The notes beneath the pieces are model-generated. The model searched no databases, was not told the DNA's origin, and worked only from the letters and a program-made list of their open reading frames with translations. Shown one piece after another: positions 46,557-54,971 of a DNA stretch of 64,000 bases (position 1 is the stretch's first letter; the number at the start of each line of letters is the position of its first letter). A program made the position numbers and the translations under genes. This stretch comes from a virus. Taxonomy: Duplodnaviria; Caudoviricetes. The DNA is taken from positions 21,931-85,930 of IMG/VR virus record IMGVR_UViG_3300030376_004895, one strand, 5' to 3'.

Positions 46557-47714
46557 CTATGCGGCGATGTCCCTCACCTTTCCGTGTGCTCGGTAGAATA
46601 GCTGCCATAGGTCTCCCATTGTGTGGAACATACCCATCTGTCCTAGCCTGTTGATCCCGAATGGGTCGCCTGTCTCAATACCGGACTCGTGGTATAGGGT
46701 TGGCTTGGCCGTGCAGAAATACATATAGTCAGAGTCGATGAAATACATTCTCGACAGTTCGCCTGTGTCTGCGTGAACATCCTTAGATGGAATTAGTGGA
46801 ACGCCGTTGTAGGTAGCGACCACGAAGCCCGCCTCCATGCCTGGAACACCCTTTACTCCGTTCACTCCTGGGACTACTCTCTTCATCTCGGTGAATCTCT
46901 GCTGAGGTTGTAGTAGCTGCTGAACCTTCTCAAGAGTATCGTAGCCGGTTAGGATAACCTTTGGCTGTCCACCCTTCTCCCATACGCTTCTGAACATCCC
47001 GTCAATCACGTTCAGACTGAGGGCGCGGGCAGCACCTGCTGCTCCTGCGTCCACGTTTGCATCATACCATGACTGTGAGGAACCTGCGCTCCTCGTGATG
47101 TTGTATTGGTTGTGATCTGCTGCTGCGGTCACGAAGTCGGTTGCCGTCTCCACGAAGGAAGAGGACAAGCACCTGTCAAGTGACTCGAAGTCGTTTGCGG
47201 CTGGTGTGTCCACATCCTCTAGTAGCATGACGTTGATCTGCTCTGCGTGGTGCTTTGCCATCTCCATCTTCATTACTGCCCTTGCGTCTCCCAATCCGTC
47301 ATCCTTGTCAGCGAGGAACATTGCTGTCTCGCTTAGGTCGAAGGTGTGAGCCACAGTCTTGGGCTTGGTGCTGACCTCTGCGAAGGTCGGCTTGGTGGTT
47401 TCTGGTAGAGTCCCGTTCTCAGGTAGTCCGCCGCCCTTTGTTGCATCGGGCTTGGCCGTGACGACCCTCCATCCTGACTTTTCCCAGGGCTTCTTCGGTA
47501 GTATGCTGAAGGCGTTGAACTCCTGGTTGAGCTGCGACCAGACCTTTCGGCCAAAGATGGCCTGGTAGGTTCCAGTTGTGCTGCTAACTAGGGGCGAGTC
47601 TGCCTTTAGCAAGTCGGTTCCAGAGTAGGCCCATGCGTTTGCTCCTGCACCCGCACCGTAGTATAGCCTCTCCATGTCTTCAATCGTTCGTATGTATCCT
47701 TTTGATCCACTCAT
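46557..47714 (-). CDS. Major capsid protein, HK97 fold (start revised to ATG 47714)
   Basis: GLPENGTLPETTKPTFAEVSTKPKTVAHTF, MAKHHAEQINVMLL, GGQPKVIL, ATYNGVPLIPSKD. GGAAGTGA RBS upstream. Confidence 0.92.
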   Translation of the reverse strand: MSGSKGYIRTIEDMERLYYGAGAGANAWAYSGTDLLKADSPLVSSTTGTYQAIFGRKVWSQLNQEFNAFSILPKKPWEKSGWRVVTAKPDATKGGGLPENGTLPETTKPTFAEVSTKPKTVAHTFDLSETAMFLADKDDGLGDARAVMKMEMAKHHAEQINVMLLEDVDTPAANDFESLDRCLSSSFVETATDFVTAAADHNQYNITRSAGSSQSWYDANVDAGAAGAARALSLNVIDGMFRSVWEKGGQPKVILTGYDTLEKVQQLLQPQQRFTEMKRVVPGVNGVKGVPGMEAGFVVATYNGVPLIPSKDVHADTGELSRMYFIDSDYMYFCTAKPTLYHESGIETGDPFGINRLGQMGMFHTMGDLWQLFYRAHGKVRDIAA

Positions 47715-47753
47715 ATCATTCACTTCCTATTATCTCCTAGTCACCCAAGACGA

Positions 47754-49097
47754 TTACTCGCCTGTTAGTGCCCTCCTTGCTAGCTGCTCGGTGGCTCTCC
47801 AGGACTCAAGGTCATTGCCCATTGCGGCAAATTCCTCGTTCGAGGGAACTCGAATGTCGGTGTGCGGTGAAGCCGTTGCTGACTTCTGGATCTCGGTGTT
47901 CTGAGTGTTGAGGCTGGCTATCTCGGCCTTGAGAGCAGAAATCTGCCCGCCGAAGTCGTTTGCCTTCTGAACCTCAAGCGCACGGGCGGTCTCTGCTGCG
48001 TAGCGAGACTCCCAATCCTGCTTGACGATGGCCTTTAGCCCCTCTTCGTCACGAAGGGAAGCGTATGCCGCGTATCCTCTCTCAAGTCCGGCAGGGGTCA
48101 CTTCTCCTGGAGGAGACTTGATGACGTTCTTGCCGCCTGATGGTGCGTTGTATGCCATGTTGGCAACACCTGGCTGCTTGATGACATACTTGTTGCCACC
48201 AGGAGCCGATAGGGAGGGGTAGGACACTTCTGTCGCGTCCTCTCCTGCGCCGATCTCGTCACCCATTCCTCGGTGAGAGTATCCACCAGAGCCGTCCACT
48301 CCGACCATGTATGCCTTCTCAAGACCGAAGTGAGTCCTCAGTCCGTTGAGATCGACACCCTGCTCGTGTGCGAACTTCTCAAGAGTGTCGATGTAGTGAA
48401 GGGCATCTTGAGTGGATTTCTCCACTACCTCTTCTTTTTCTTCCGACTTCTCCTCTGTCTTCTCTTCATTCTTGTCGATAGCCTTCAGTATTCCTGTCAA
48501 GCTATCCCTTATTTCTGTCAATGCTTCATTGTCCGTCATTTTTTCCACTTCCGTGTCATCCATTTTGAGGATTGTATAACCGGCCTCGGGGTTGATGCCC
48601 TTTTTGCAAAGGGTTATTTCATGCAACTCAAGGTCGGTAATCTCTCTGTGGTTGCCATGCTCTGGTGTATGCTTGTTCACACGGAACAAAGCCTGGCCTC
48701 CTATTGAAAAGGCGCGAAGATCTCCATCTCGCACCTGCTTTTGCACTTCTCGTGCCTTCTGAATGTCGCTGCGTATCTTGCATACGACAAAGAGGCCGTG
48801 ATCGTCCACCTCGGACTTCCACACGCGCCCCTGTGAATCTGAAAAGGAATCAACGACTTCTCCGACTTGGATGCCGCTGTGGGCTAACTGCACATTTCTG
48901 TATGCCTTGTTCTCCATGAATTTGCCGAATGCTTTCTTTAGGGCCGCAGTTGGGATTCTATCTCCCTGCTTGTCCACCATGTCCACACTTGCATATCCGG
49001 CAACGAACAGCTCGCTCCCCATGTCTTCTTTGATTAGGAAATCTGAGCCAAAAGCCGACCATCCCAATGAAGGTGAGAGCATCTCTGCGGTTGTCAT
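47754..49097 (-). CDS. Prohead protease (XkdF/peptidase S78-like) fused to scaffold region
   Basis: FVAGYASVDMVDKQGD, QLAHS..QVG (His), LRAFSIGG (Ser), HEITLC...NPEA, then an acidic/coiled-coil C-terminal half. Confidence 0.88.
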   Translation of the reverse strand: MTTAEMLSPSLGWSAFGSDFLIKEDMGSELFVAGYASVDMVDKQGDRIPTAALKKAFGKFMENKAYRNVQLAHSGIQVGEVVDSFSDSQGRVWKSEVDDHGLFVVCKIRSDIQKAREVQKQVRDGDLRAFSIGGQALFRVNKHTPEHGNHREITDLELHEITLCKKGINPEAGYTILKMDDTEVEKMTDNEALTEIRDSLTGILKAIDKNEEKTEEKSEEKEEVVEKSTQDALHYIDTLEKFAHEQGVDLNGLRTHFGLEKAYMVGVDGSGGYSHRGMGDEIGAGEDATEVSYPSLSAPGGNKYVIKQPGVANMAYNAPSGGKNVIKSPPGEVTPAGLERGYAAYASLRDEEGLKAIVKQDWESRYAAETARALEVQKANDFGGQISALKAEIASLNTQNTEIQKSATASPHTDIRVPSNEEFAAMGNDLESWRATEQLARRALTGE

Positions 49098-49116
49098 TAG
49101 TCTATCGCACTTTTCT

Positions 49117-49128
49117 CAATGGTATATG
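49117..49128 (-). promoter_or_regulatory. Candidate late promoter element (CATATACCATTG)
   Basis: In the gap upstream of the protease-MCP genes, 19 nt before the ATG. Confidence 0.4.
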
Positions 49129-49156
49129 AATAACAACATGACAGGGTTGTCAGCAT

Positions 49157-52100
49157 TCACAGGGCATCATCATGTCGAAGGGCGGGCAATACCTCGTTTT
49201 CTTCCTCATCATGATCTTTATCTTTGCCTGGGAAACGGATAACTGCCTTTCCTTCGTTGATGGTTAATGTAGCATCTCCATCTTCTGTGCTTACTACCAT
49301 GTTCATTGGTCTGAAAGAAGAGGTTGGATCAATCTCAACACCATCCTTCTTTGGATTCCCGAATGTCGTATTCTCCTCCTCTGTGATTTCAGTTGGCCCT
49401 GTTGGAGCTGTGATGTCTGCTTGCATACCAGACCACGCGCCACCATCCGAGGATGCTTGATTCATGCGAGGGAATGCGAATTTCTCGGCTATGTCATCGT
49501 CAATTGCCTCATTGACCGTCCATTTCTTGTCTTCTGTCTGCTCTAAGCCATACTCTCCGGCATACTTGTCAAGCAGACTTTGAGTCAGACCATCCACATG
49601 GGCAATCAAATGCTTACTTGTCAATGCAACCTCTTCTGATGTTATGGTCTTGCGAGCATGACGCATGATGTTCGATATGTTATCATCGTCATCAAACTCT
49701 TCCTCTGTGATCACGGAAGGTGCTTTGTCTAATGATTTCCTGAACATGGGTCGCTTTCTGTATGATGGTATTGCTTGGTTTGGCATCCCAACATAGAGCG
49801 CAGCTACCGGACTCCACAATGGGAATTGGGATTTGGCTTGCTTGATTAGATAGTTCGGGCCTTCGTAATCATCGACATAAACTCCATTCTCATCAGAGTC
49901 AATCTTCACAATCACAGGTGTGTAGATAGATGGATACTCCAAGATAATGTTTGAATCTCTTATGCTCATCTCAGGCAGAGGAGGGAGTATTGCACTCTTG
50001 GTTATGTCATCCTGGGCATACAATACCCACTTTGGATGGACATCCTTGCCTTTCATGAATGTTGATTTGGAATCACGGATCAGTAAATCAGTCCGGTCAA
50101 AGTTGGCTATTGTTTTGATTAAGCCGCCTTCATCGGTATTGACACATGAATTAGGTGAAGGGAAATGGAGGTTATCCGTTGAGGAGTATAGGGTTCGTAA
50201 AGCATCGACACGATCAGATAATGGCTCTTGACTCATATCCGTGTCCTTGTGGATTAGTAAATCGACAACAGTCAGGACATCCCCATCCACATATCCATCG
50301 AACATAGCATCACCCTGGATAGAGTCCTTGAGGGATTTCTTGACTTTGCTAGGGAGGCTCATCGGATCTATGCTTTTTCCTGACTTCTTCACAAATACTC
50401 TTTCTCCCTTTGGTTTCTTTTGAACAACCCAATCGCCACTAAATCCCTTGAGATCATCAATGTCATCCAAGTCTTTGACAATATGAGCAGGTTCAATCTT
50501 AGTCTCGAATACTCCCGATGGTTCGTAATCGTCAGACTTGTTGATGTCAGTATTGAGTGCCGCTTCACCCGTAATCTTCGGACTTAGTGCATTGATCTCC
50601 TTTGTCTTTGGATTGATTTGCCGTTCATTGTGGTTTATGTCAGCCGCACTCATCAACAACTCATGTGGTGTCCTTTGGAGGATATTGAAGGGAGTTTCCT
50701 TCATATCCCAAACTAGGCCGTTTGTGTTGCGATCCCACTTGTAGGTGAGAGTAGCGGGCATCTCATGACCCCATGAATCAGTTGCGCCATTGTTGAACAT
50801 AGGGGCGATGACGCTTTGAGAAGAAGGAGATACAGGCCCAAACGAACCAAGACCTTCTGCAAGCTGGCCGGATGAAGTATCAGGCATCTGGTATTCAGAA
50901 CCGTGAACTCCTTCGCCCCTCATAAGAAGAAGGTTAGCTGCTGCGACAATCTGACCTATGTTGCCTCTCGCTATTGTATTCATCATGGGATCGCCCGCAA
51001 TGGGTGCAATGACATCCGCACCAAACTGTTGTTTGACTTGACCGGATAATTGGGCAACGACACTAGCAAGTGCCGAATCGCTATTCACCCCATGTTGGTT
51101 ATGAAAATCATGGTATGTCTGATTCGAGTTAGGATGTGGCCTTCGGAGGACTCCCAATCTCGCACTACCTAGTTCTGCGACATCCATGAGTTTGTCGCCA
51201 AAATTACTCAGTAGCATTGCTTCTGTTGGGATTATCATCCTCCCTCCTGTGCCACCGACCTCAGAAGGGTGGTTGTTGTGACGCATAGCCGCAGATGTCC
51301 AGGATGATCTGCCTCGCTCGAAGTCCACGTCACCAGATGATATTGAGCTCAATGCGGATGCATACTCTGGCGTGGCATTGGCAGATGCAGGGAAATGAGA
51401 TCCGGCTAACATATGAGGGCCATCAATAGGAACGCCATCGAAAAGCAAATCGGCAAGCCAATTCTCACCAAACACCTCGGGGTATGTCTGGTTGAATATG
51501 CCTTTCAATGAAGATACATCGCGTCCTACTCCTCCATGATACTGATACGGTTCCCACCAATGGAAGTTATGCCCAGGCTCATCTCCTATGTAGGGGGCTG
51601 TGAGTGAAGCATTCGGAACTTCTTCCGGTGCAGAGGAAGTCGGGCCACTTCTGTCGCTTGGCCTCTGCCACCATGCAGACATGGGCGTGAACCTATCCCT
51701 CCAATTTCTCAGATAGCGGTTCCAATGAGTGCCTGTCTTCTCCTGGAACTTGTTGAGTATCGTTCGTGCTTCGGGACTTTCGGGACTTTCGGTCTGACTC
51801 AAATCCTTAAGCAATCCGTAAAACCTCTCGCCTTCTTCCGGTTGATGCCACTCCAGGCCGAATAAGAAAGGTAGCAAACCAAACTCATTGGCGAGTTGTT
51901 GCCTCTTGTCCGACTCCCAATTCTCATCTGCACCATAGCCACGATTCCTATCTCTCTCGTATAGGTCAAGCATCGACATCTTCGGATCCCCAAATATCTT
52001 AGCATCCTCTGGTGAGAGTTTCATGCTCCTCTCTCCTTGCTTATGTGCCTCACCCATTAGATTGATGAAATCAAAGATGTCATCGACATACTGTGGTTCG

Positions 52101-52486
52101 CCATGAGCCGCATTATGCAACAATGGGCAACAGTTCGAGTTCATCCCAAATGGGTGATGTTCTCCATAGTGATTGTCCTCATCGGCCATAGGCCAATCTT
52201 TCATAGGTGATGTTCCAATCTTAGAATGCCCTGCCAGGTATGATTGGTAATCACTAGGGATAACCATCTGAGAAGGAGGGAGTGGAGAACCTAGATCACG
52301 CATGGAATAGACAGGCGGTTCTTCTGCCATCGCCATAGCGGCCATGTCCTCTTTGACTAGCTCTTTGCCTTCCAATGATTTTAGATATTCTGCGACAGGA
52401 GGGTCAAGCCCCATGATGGTGGAGAGAACCACATCTGTTCTGAGTTTAATGTGATCAGTCATATTCCCACCTTCATAGGCGGGCAT
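49157..52486 (-). CDS. Large head-module protein with degenerate ATP-dependent ligase-like nucleotidyltransferase domain (probable start 52462)
   Basis: WVVQKKPKGERV (motif I), MFDGYV (III), TVVDLL (IIIa), DLLIRDSKS (IV), KWVLY (V) at about 50010-50435. Confidence 0.65.
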   Translation of the reverse strand: MPAYEGGNMTDHIKLRTDVVLSTIMGLDPPVAEYLKSLEGKELVKEDMAAMAMAEEPPVYSMRDLGSPLPPSQMVIPSDYQSYLAGHSKIGTSPMKDWPMADEDNHYGEHHPFGMNSNCCPLLHNAAHGEPQYVDDIFDFINLMGEAHKQGERSMKLSPEDAKIFGDPKMSMLDLYERDRNRGYGADENWESDKRQQLANEFGLLPFLFGLEWHQPEEGERFYGLLKDLSQTESPESPEARTILNKFQEKTGTHWNRYLRNWRDRFTPMSAWWQRPSDRSGPTSSAPEEVPNASLTAPYIGDEPGHNFHWWEPYQYHGGVGRDVSSLKGIFNQTYPEVFGENWLADLLFDGVPIDGPHMLAGSHFPASANATPEYASALSSISSGDVDFERGRSSWTSAAMRHNNHPSEVGGTGGRMIIPTEAMLLSNFGDKLMDVAELGSARLGVLRRPHPNSNQTYHDFHNQHGVNSDSALASVVAQLSGQVKQQFGADVIAPIAGDPMMNTIARGNIGQIVAAANLLLMRGEGVHGSEYQMPDTSSGQLAEGLGSFGPVSPSSQSVIAPMFNNGATDSWGHEMPATLTYKWDRNTNGLVWDMKETPFNILQRTPHELLMSAADINHNERQINPKTKEINALSPKITGEAALNTDINKSDDYEPSGVFETKIEPAHIVKDLDDIDDLKGFSGDWVVQKKPKGERVFVKKSGKSIDPMSLPSKVKKSLKDSIQGDAMFDGYVDGDVLTVVDLLIHKDTDMSQEPLSDRVDALRTLYSSTDNLHFPSPNSCVNTDEGGLIKTIANFDRTDLLIRDSKSTFMKGKDVHPKWVLYAQDDITKSAILPPLPEMSIRDSNIILEYPSIYTPVIVKIDSDENGVYVDDYEGPNYLIKQAKSQFPLWSPVAALYVGMPNQAIPSYRKRPMFRKSLDKAPSVITEEEFDDDDNISNIMRHARKTITSEEVALTSKHLIAHVDGLTQSLLDKYAGEYGLEQTEDKKWTVNEAIDDDIAEKFAFPRMNQASSDGGAWSGMQADITAPTGPTEITEEENTTFGNPKKDGVEIDPTSSFRPMNMVVSTEDGDATLTINEGKAVIRFPGKDKDHDEEENEVLPALRHDDAL

Positions 52487-53048
52487 AGATGCTTTCGATT
52501 AACCCCGCAATCTCTTCGACTACTCCTTGCTGGCCGACAGTAGCCTGTTTCTTTATCTCGGCTAGCGACTCTTCGATCTTATCACGATACATCGAGCCTC
52601 CTGTTCCACCATCGTTGTAATGCATATGCATGGATGATGAATCCTTGTCATATCCAGTCTGTGCTACTGATGGCATCTTGAAGACCTCATTGATTGCATT
52701 GGATGCCGAAGCATCTTCTGTGAAGGGTAATACTTGGTTGCCCTGGTATCCGGCAGCAGGTATCTCCGTCTTGCCTGAAATCTCCATGAACATGGGTCTT
52801 ACGTTATCCCCTGAACTCTCTTGGACATACTTCCTGATAAATTGATGAGTATGATCTTCTTTCTTCACACCTTTCGTGCCTTTTGGTTTTGGATAGCATT
52901 GCTCGCAAGCCGAACCCTCTTCGCAACCCATGTTGCACTCTGTATTGTAAGTCGAGTTCTTCGCTATGCCGAGTGATTTCTCAATATCCTTTACAATAGC
53001 CAATAGCTTGCCTTCTGCGGTGTCGGTCATAGGATTTACAAACTTCAT
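52473..53048 (-). CDS. Head-module hypothetical protein with 4-Cys motif (start revised to 53048)
   Basis: CNMGCEEGSACEQC. ATGA overlap with the upstream gene. Confidence 0.6.
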   Translation of the reverse strand: MKFVNPMTDTAEGKLLAIVKDIEKSLGIAKNSTYNTECNMGCEEGSACEQCYPKPKGTKGVKKEDHTHQFIRKYVQESSGDNVRPMFMEISGKTEIPAAGYQGNQVLPFTEDASASNAINEVFKMPSVAQTGYDKDSSSMHMHYNDGGTGGSMYRDKIEESLAEIKKQATVGQQGVVEEIAGLIESIYARL

Positions 53049-53374
53049 CTTCGATTCATCTCCCTTTCTGCATCTTCCCACTCTCTGATCTCGTCATGTC
53101 GTGAAACGCTCTTTGCAATCAAATCGCCGCTACCTGCGAAGGGGCCGCTAAATGACTCCTGACCCGTTTCACGGTTCAATGGGTCGAATGTTTCCTCTGC
53201 ATGAGGTGTGATGAATTGTTGCCACCCCTGTGCCTTCATGGTCTTAGTTGGGTCATTGACAGCATCTCTCAGCTCTCGATTCTCCATCTTGAGTATTTCA
53301 TTTTCCTCTTTGAGAACCTTAGCCTCCTCAATTGCGGCTTTGGCTATGTCCATCGCATCTTCCGTATCTGACAT
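53045..53374 (-). CDS. Head-module coiled-coil protein (109 aa)
   Basis: DIAKAAIEEAKVLKEENEILKMENRELRD heptads. Confidence 0.65.
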   Translation of the reverse strand: MSDTEDAMDIAKAAIEEAKVLKEENEILKMENRELRDAVNDPTKTMKAQGWQQFITPHAEETFDPLNRETGQESFSGPFAGSGDLIAKSVSRHDEIREWEDAEREMNRR

Positions 53375-53886
53375 TACATTGCACCTCCTGTTCCACCCAT
53401 GCCTTGAACTAATGCATTAAGGTTCCCATTTGTCTGATCGTTAGCCATATTCGTAGGGTCGTGCTCCCCCAATGCCCTCTCCTCCGGCTCATTTTGCATA
53501 TTGAGAATGACACCTCTGAAGGCATCTATCATCTGCCTTACCTTCATGATTCTCTTGTTGCGCTCTAAAACCATGTCCTTGTCTATATTGGCACTTCCGT
53601 ATTCCGTGCCGACTTTCTGACCGGCATTGAGGATGTCATCGCCAGCATCACACCAATTTGACATTTCCAACCACATATTCTTGGCTGCAGCATGATTGCC
53701 GCTTCCCATCATGTGAGCAGGTAATGCACCTTCTTCACCAAGCGGCCCAGGGACTCCCTGAACCTCTCCTGAAAGCCCTGCATCACCCAAAGCACCCATT
53801 GCGCCCTCTTGCTTACGGATAATATCGTCACGGACACGCAAGGCTCGTAGGCGATCACCAATCGAACCACTTGCCTCCCATGTCAT
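53374..53886 (-). CDS. Head-module hypothetical protein (start revised to 53886)
   Basis: ATG one base after the upstream stop. Confidence 0.6.
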   Translation of the reverse strand: MTWEASGSIGDRLRALRVRDDIIRKQEGAMGALGDAGLSGEVQGVPGPLGEEGALPAHMMGSGNHAAAKNMWLEMSNWCDAGDDILNAGQKVGTEYGSANIDKDMVLERNKRIMKVRQMIDAFRGVILNMQNEPEERALGEHDPTNMANDQTNGNLNALVQGMGGTGGAM

Positions 53887-53887
53887 C

Positions 53888-54268
53888 TTAATCTTCCTTC
53901 CTTTCATCTTCGCGATCTTCTCTGCCAATCGGCCTATTCTCAGTCGGCCTCATGTCGCCACCGCCCTCACTTTTTGGCGGAGGAAGGTTGGGAGCATCTC
54001 TATCGACACCAAATGCCTCATCCATGTCCATTCGATCTCTCATTTCATCTTCAAGGAAGTCAGTCATGAACTCTTCTTCTTCTCTGCGTTCCCTTTCCTC
54101 CATAACTTCATCCGCCCTATTTGCACAGATCTCGCATTCCATTATGTCCATTGTTCCTCTGCACTTAGGGCAATCAGAGTAGCCCGAACTTAATTTATCC
54201 CTATGGACAGGGCCAAATGGTATCTCTTCCTTCGCTATATTCCAAGCTTTAGCGAAGGCACTTGACAT
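53888..54268 (-). CDS. Small protein with AFAKAWNIAK leader and zinc ribbon (start revised to 54268)
   Basis: MSSAFAKAWNIAKEE, CPKC...CEIC, acidic tail. GAGGTG RBS. Confidence 0.7.
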   Translation of the reverse strand: MSSAFAKAWNIAKEEIPFGPVHRDKLSSGYSDCPKCRGTMDIMECEICANRADEVMEERERREEEEFMTDFLEDEMRDRMDMDEAFGVDRDAPNLPPPKSEGGGDMRPTENRPIGREDREDERKED

Positions 54269-54269
54269 C

Positions 54270-54620
54270 TCAATACACCTCATGGGGGCGGAACACTCTA
54301 TCGGTTCTGCCCGCACGAACTACACCGAGGGCTATTGCACCGTCATTGACGCTAAGGTCGCCATCGGTGTTGTCGAATTTCCTGATTGCTCCGAGTTGAA
54401 GTGCATCATTGGTCTTCTTTGACATTGCCTTTGTTAGACTGTCATGCAGAGCGAGGTCATCCCCTAAACTGCTCAATGCATTCTTCGCATCATTCAGATG
54501 CTTCTCTATGTCATCCCTGTTATTGAAATCTATTGCCTTAATCATGGCTTCCATTGATGCCAACGCCCTTCGGGCCATAGGATCCATCTTCTGAAGTCCA
54601 AATAAATCGCCTTCGCTCAT
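54270..54620 (-). CDS. Head-module helical protein (116 aa)
   Basis: GGAGG RBS, amphipathic helices. Confidence 0.7.
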   Translation of the reverse strand: MSEGDLFGLQKMDPMARRALASMEAMIKAIDFNNRDDIEKHLNDAKNALSSLGDDLALHDSLTKAMSKKTNDALQLGAIRKFDNTDGDLSVNDGAIALGVVRAGRTDRVFRPHEVY

Positions 54621-54665
54621 GTCGCTCGTTCCTCCCTATTTTTTCCATTGTTAATGACTGTTATC

Positions 54666-54971
54666 CTATCGTTGCCCTTTTGCTCCGGCGTTCCTAAGCT
54701 TGGCATCAACACCTTCTTCGGCTTGTGTTTTCACATGATCTGTGGAGTTTCCTCGGGTCGATGAGGATGCGTGTGCGCCACTCACTCTCTTGATATTCAC
54801 CGGAGATTTACCAGCCGATGCTCGGGATGGTTTTCGTTGATCCCTCCCTAATGTCTTGAGAGAGGGAATGTCTGTAAGATACGTTGAGGCTAATGATTCT
54901 GGTATCTCTTGTTGGCCGTAATCCAAGCCATCTCGTTTGACGATTTTCCAAGCTGTATCAAACGAACTCAT
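54666..54971 (-). CDS. Small protein with SFDTAWKIVK leader (101 aa)
   Basis: ATGA overlap with the portal stop. Carries the shared leader motif. Confidence 0.7.
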   Translation of the reverse strand: MSSFDTAWKIVKRDGLDYGQQEIPESLASTYLTDIPSLKTLGRDQRKPSRASAGKSPVNIKRVSGAHASSSTRGNSTDHVKTQAEEGVDAKLRNAGAKGQR

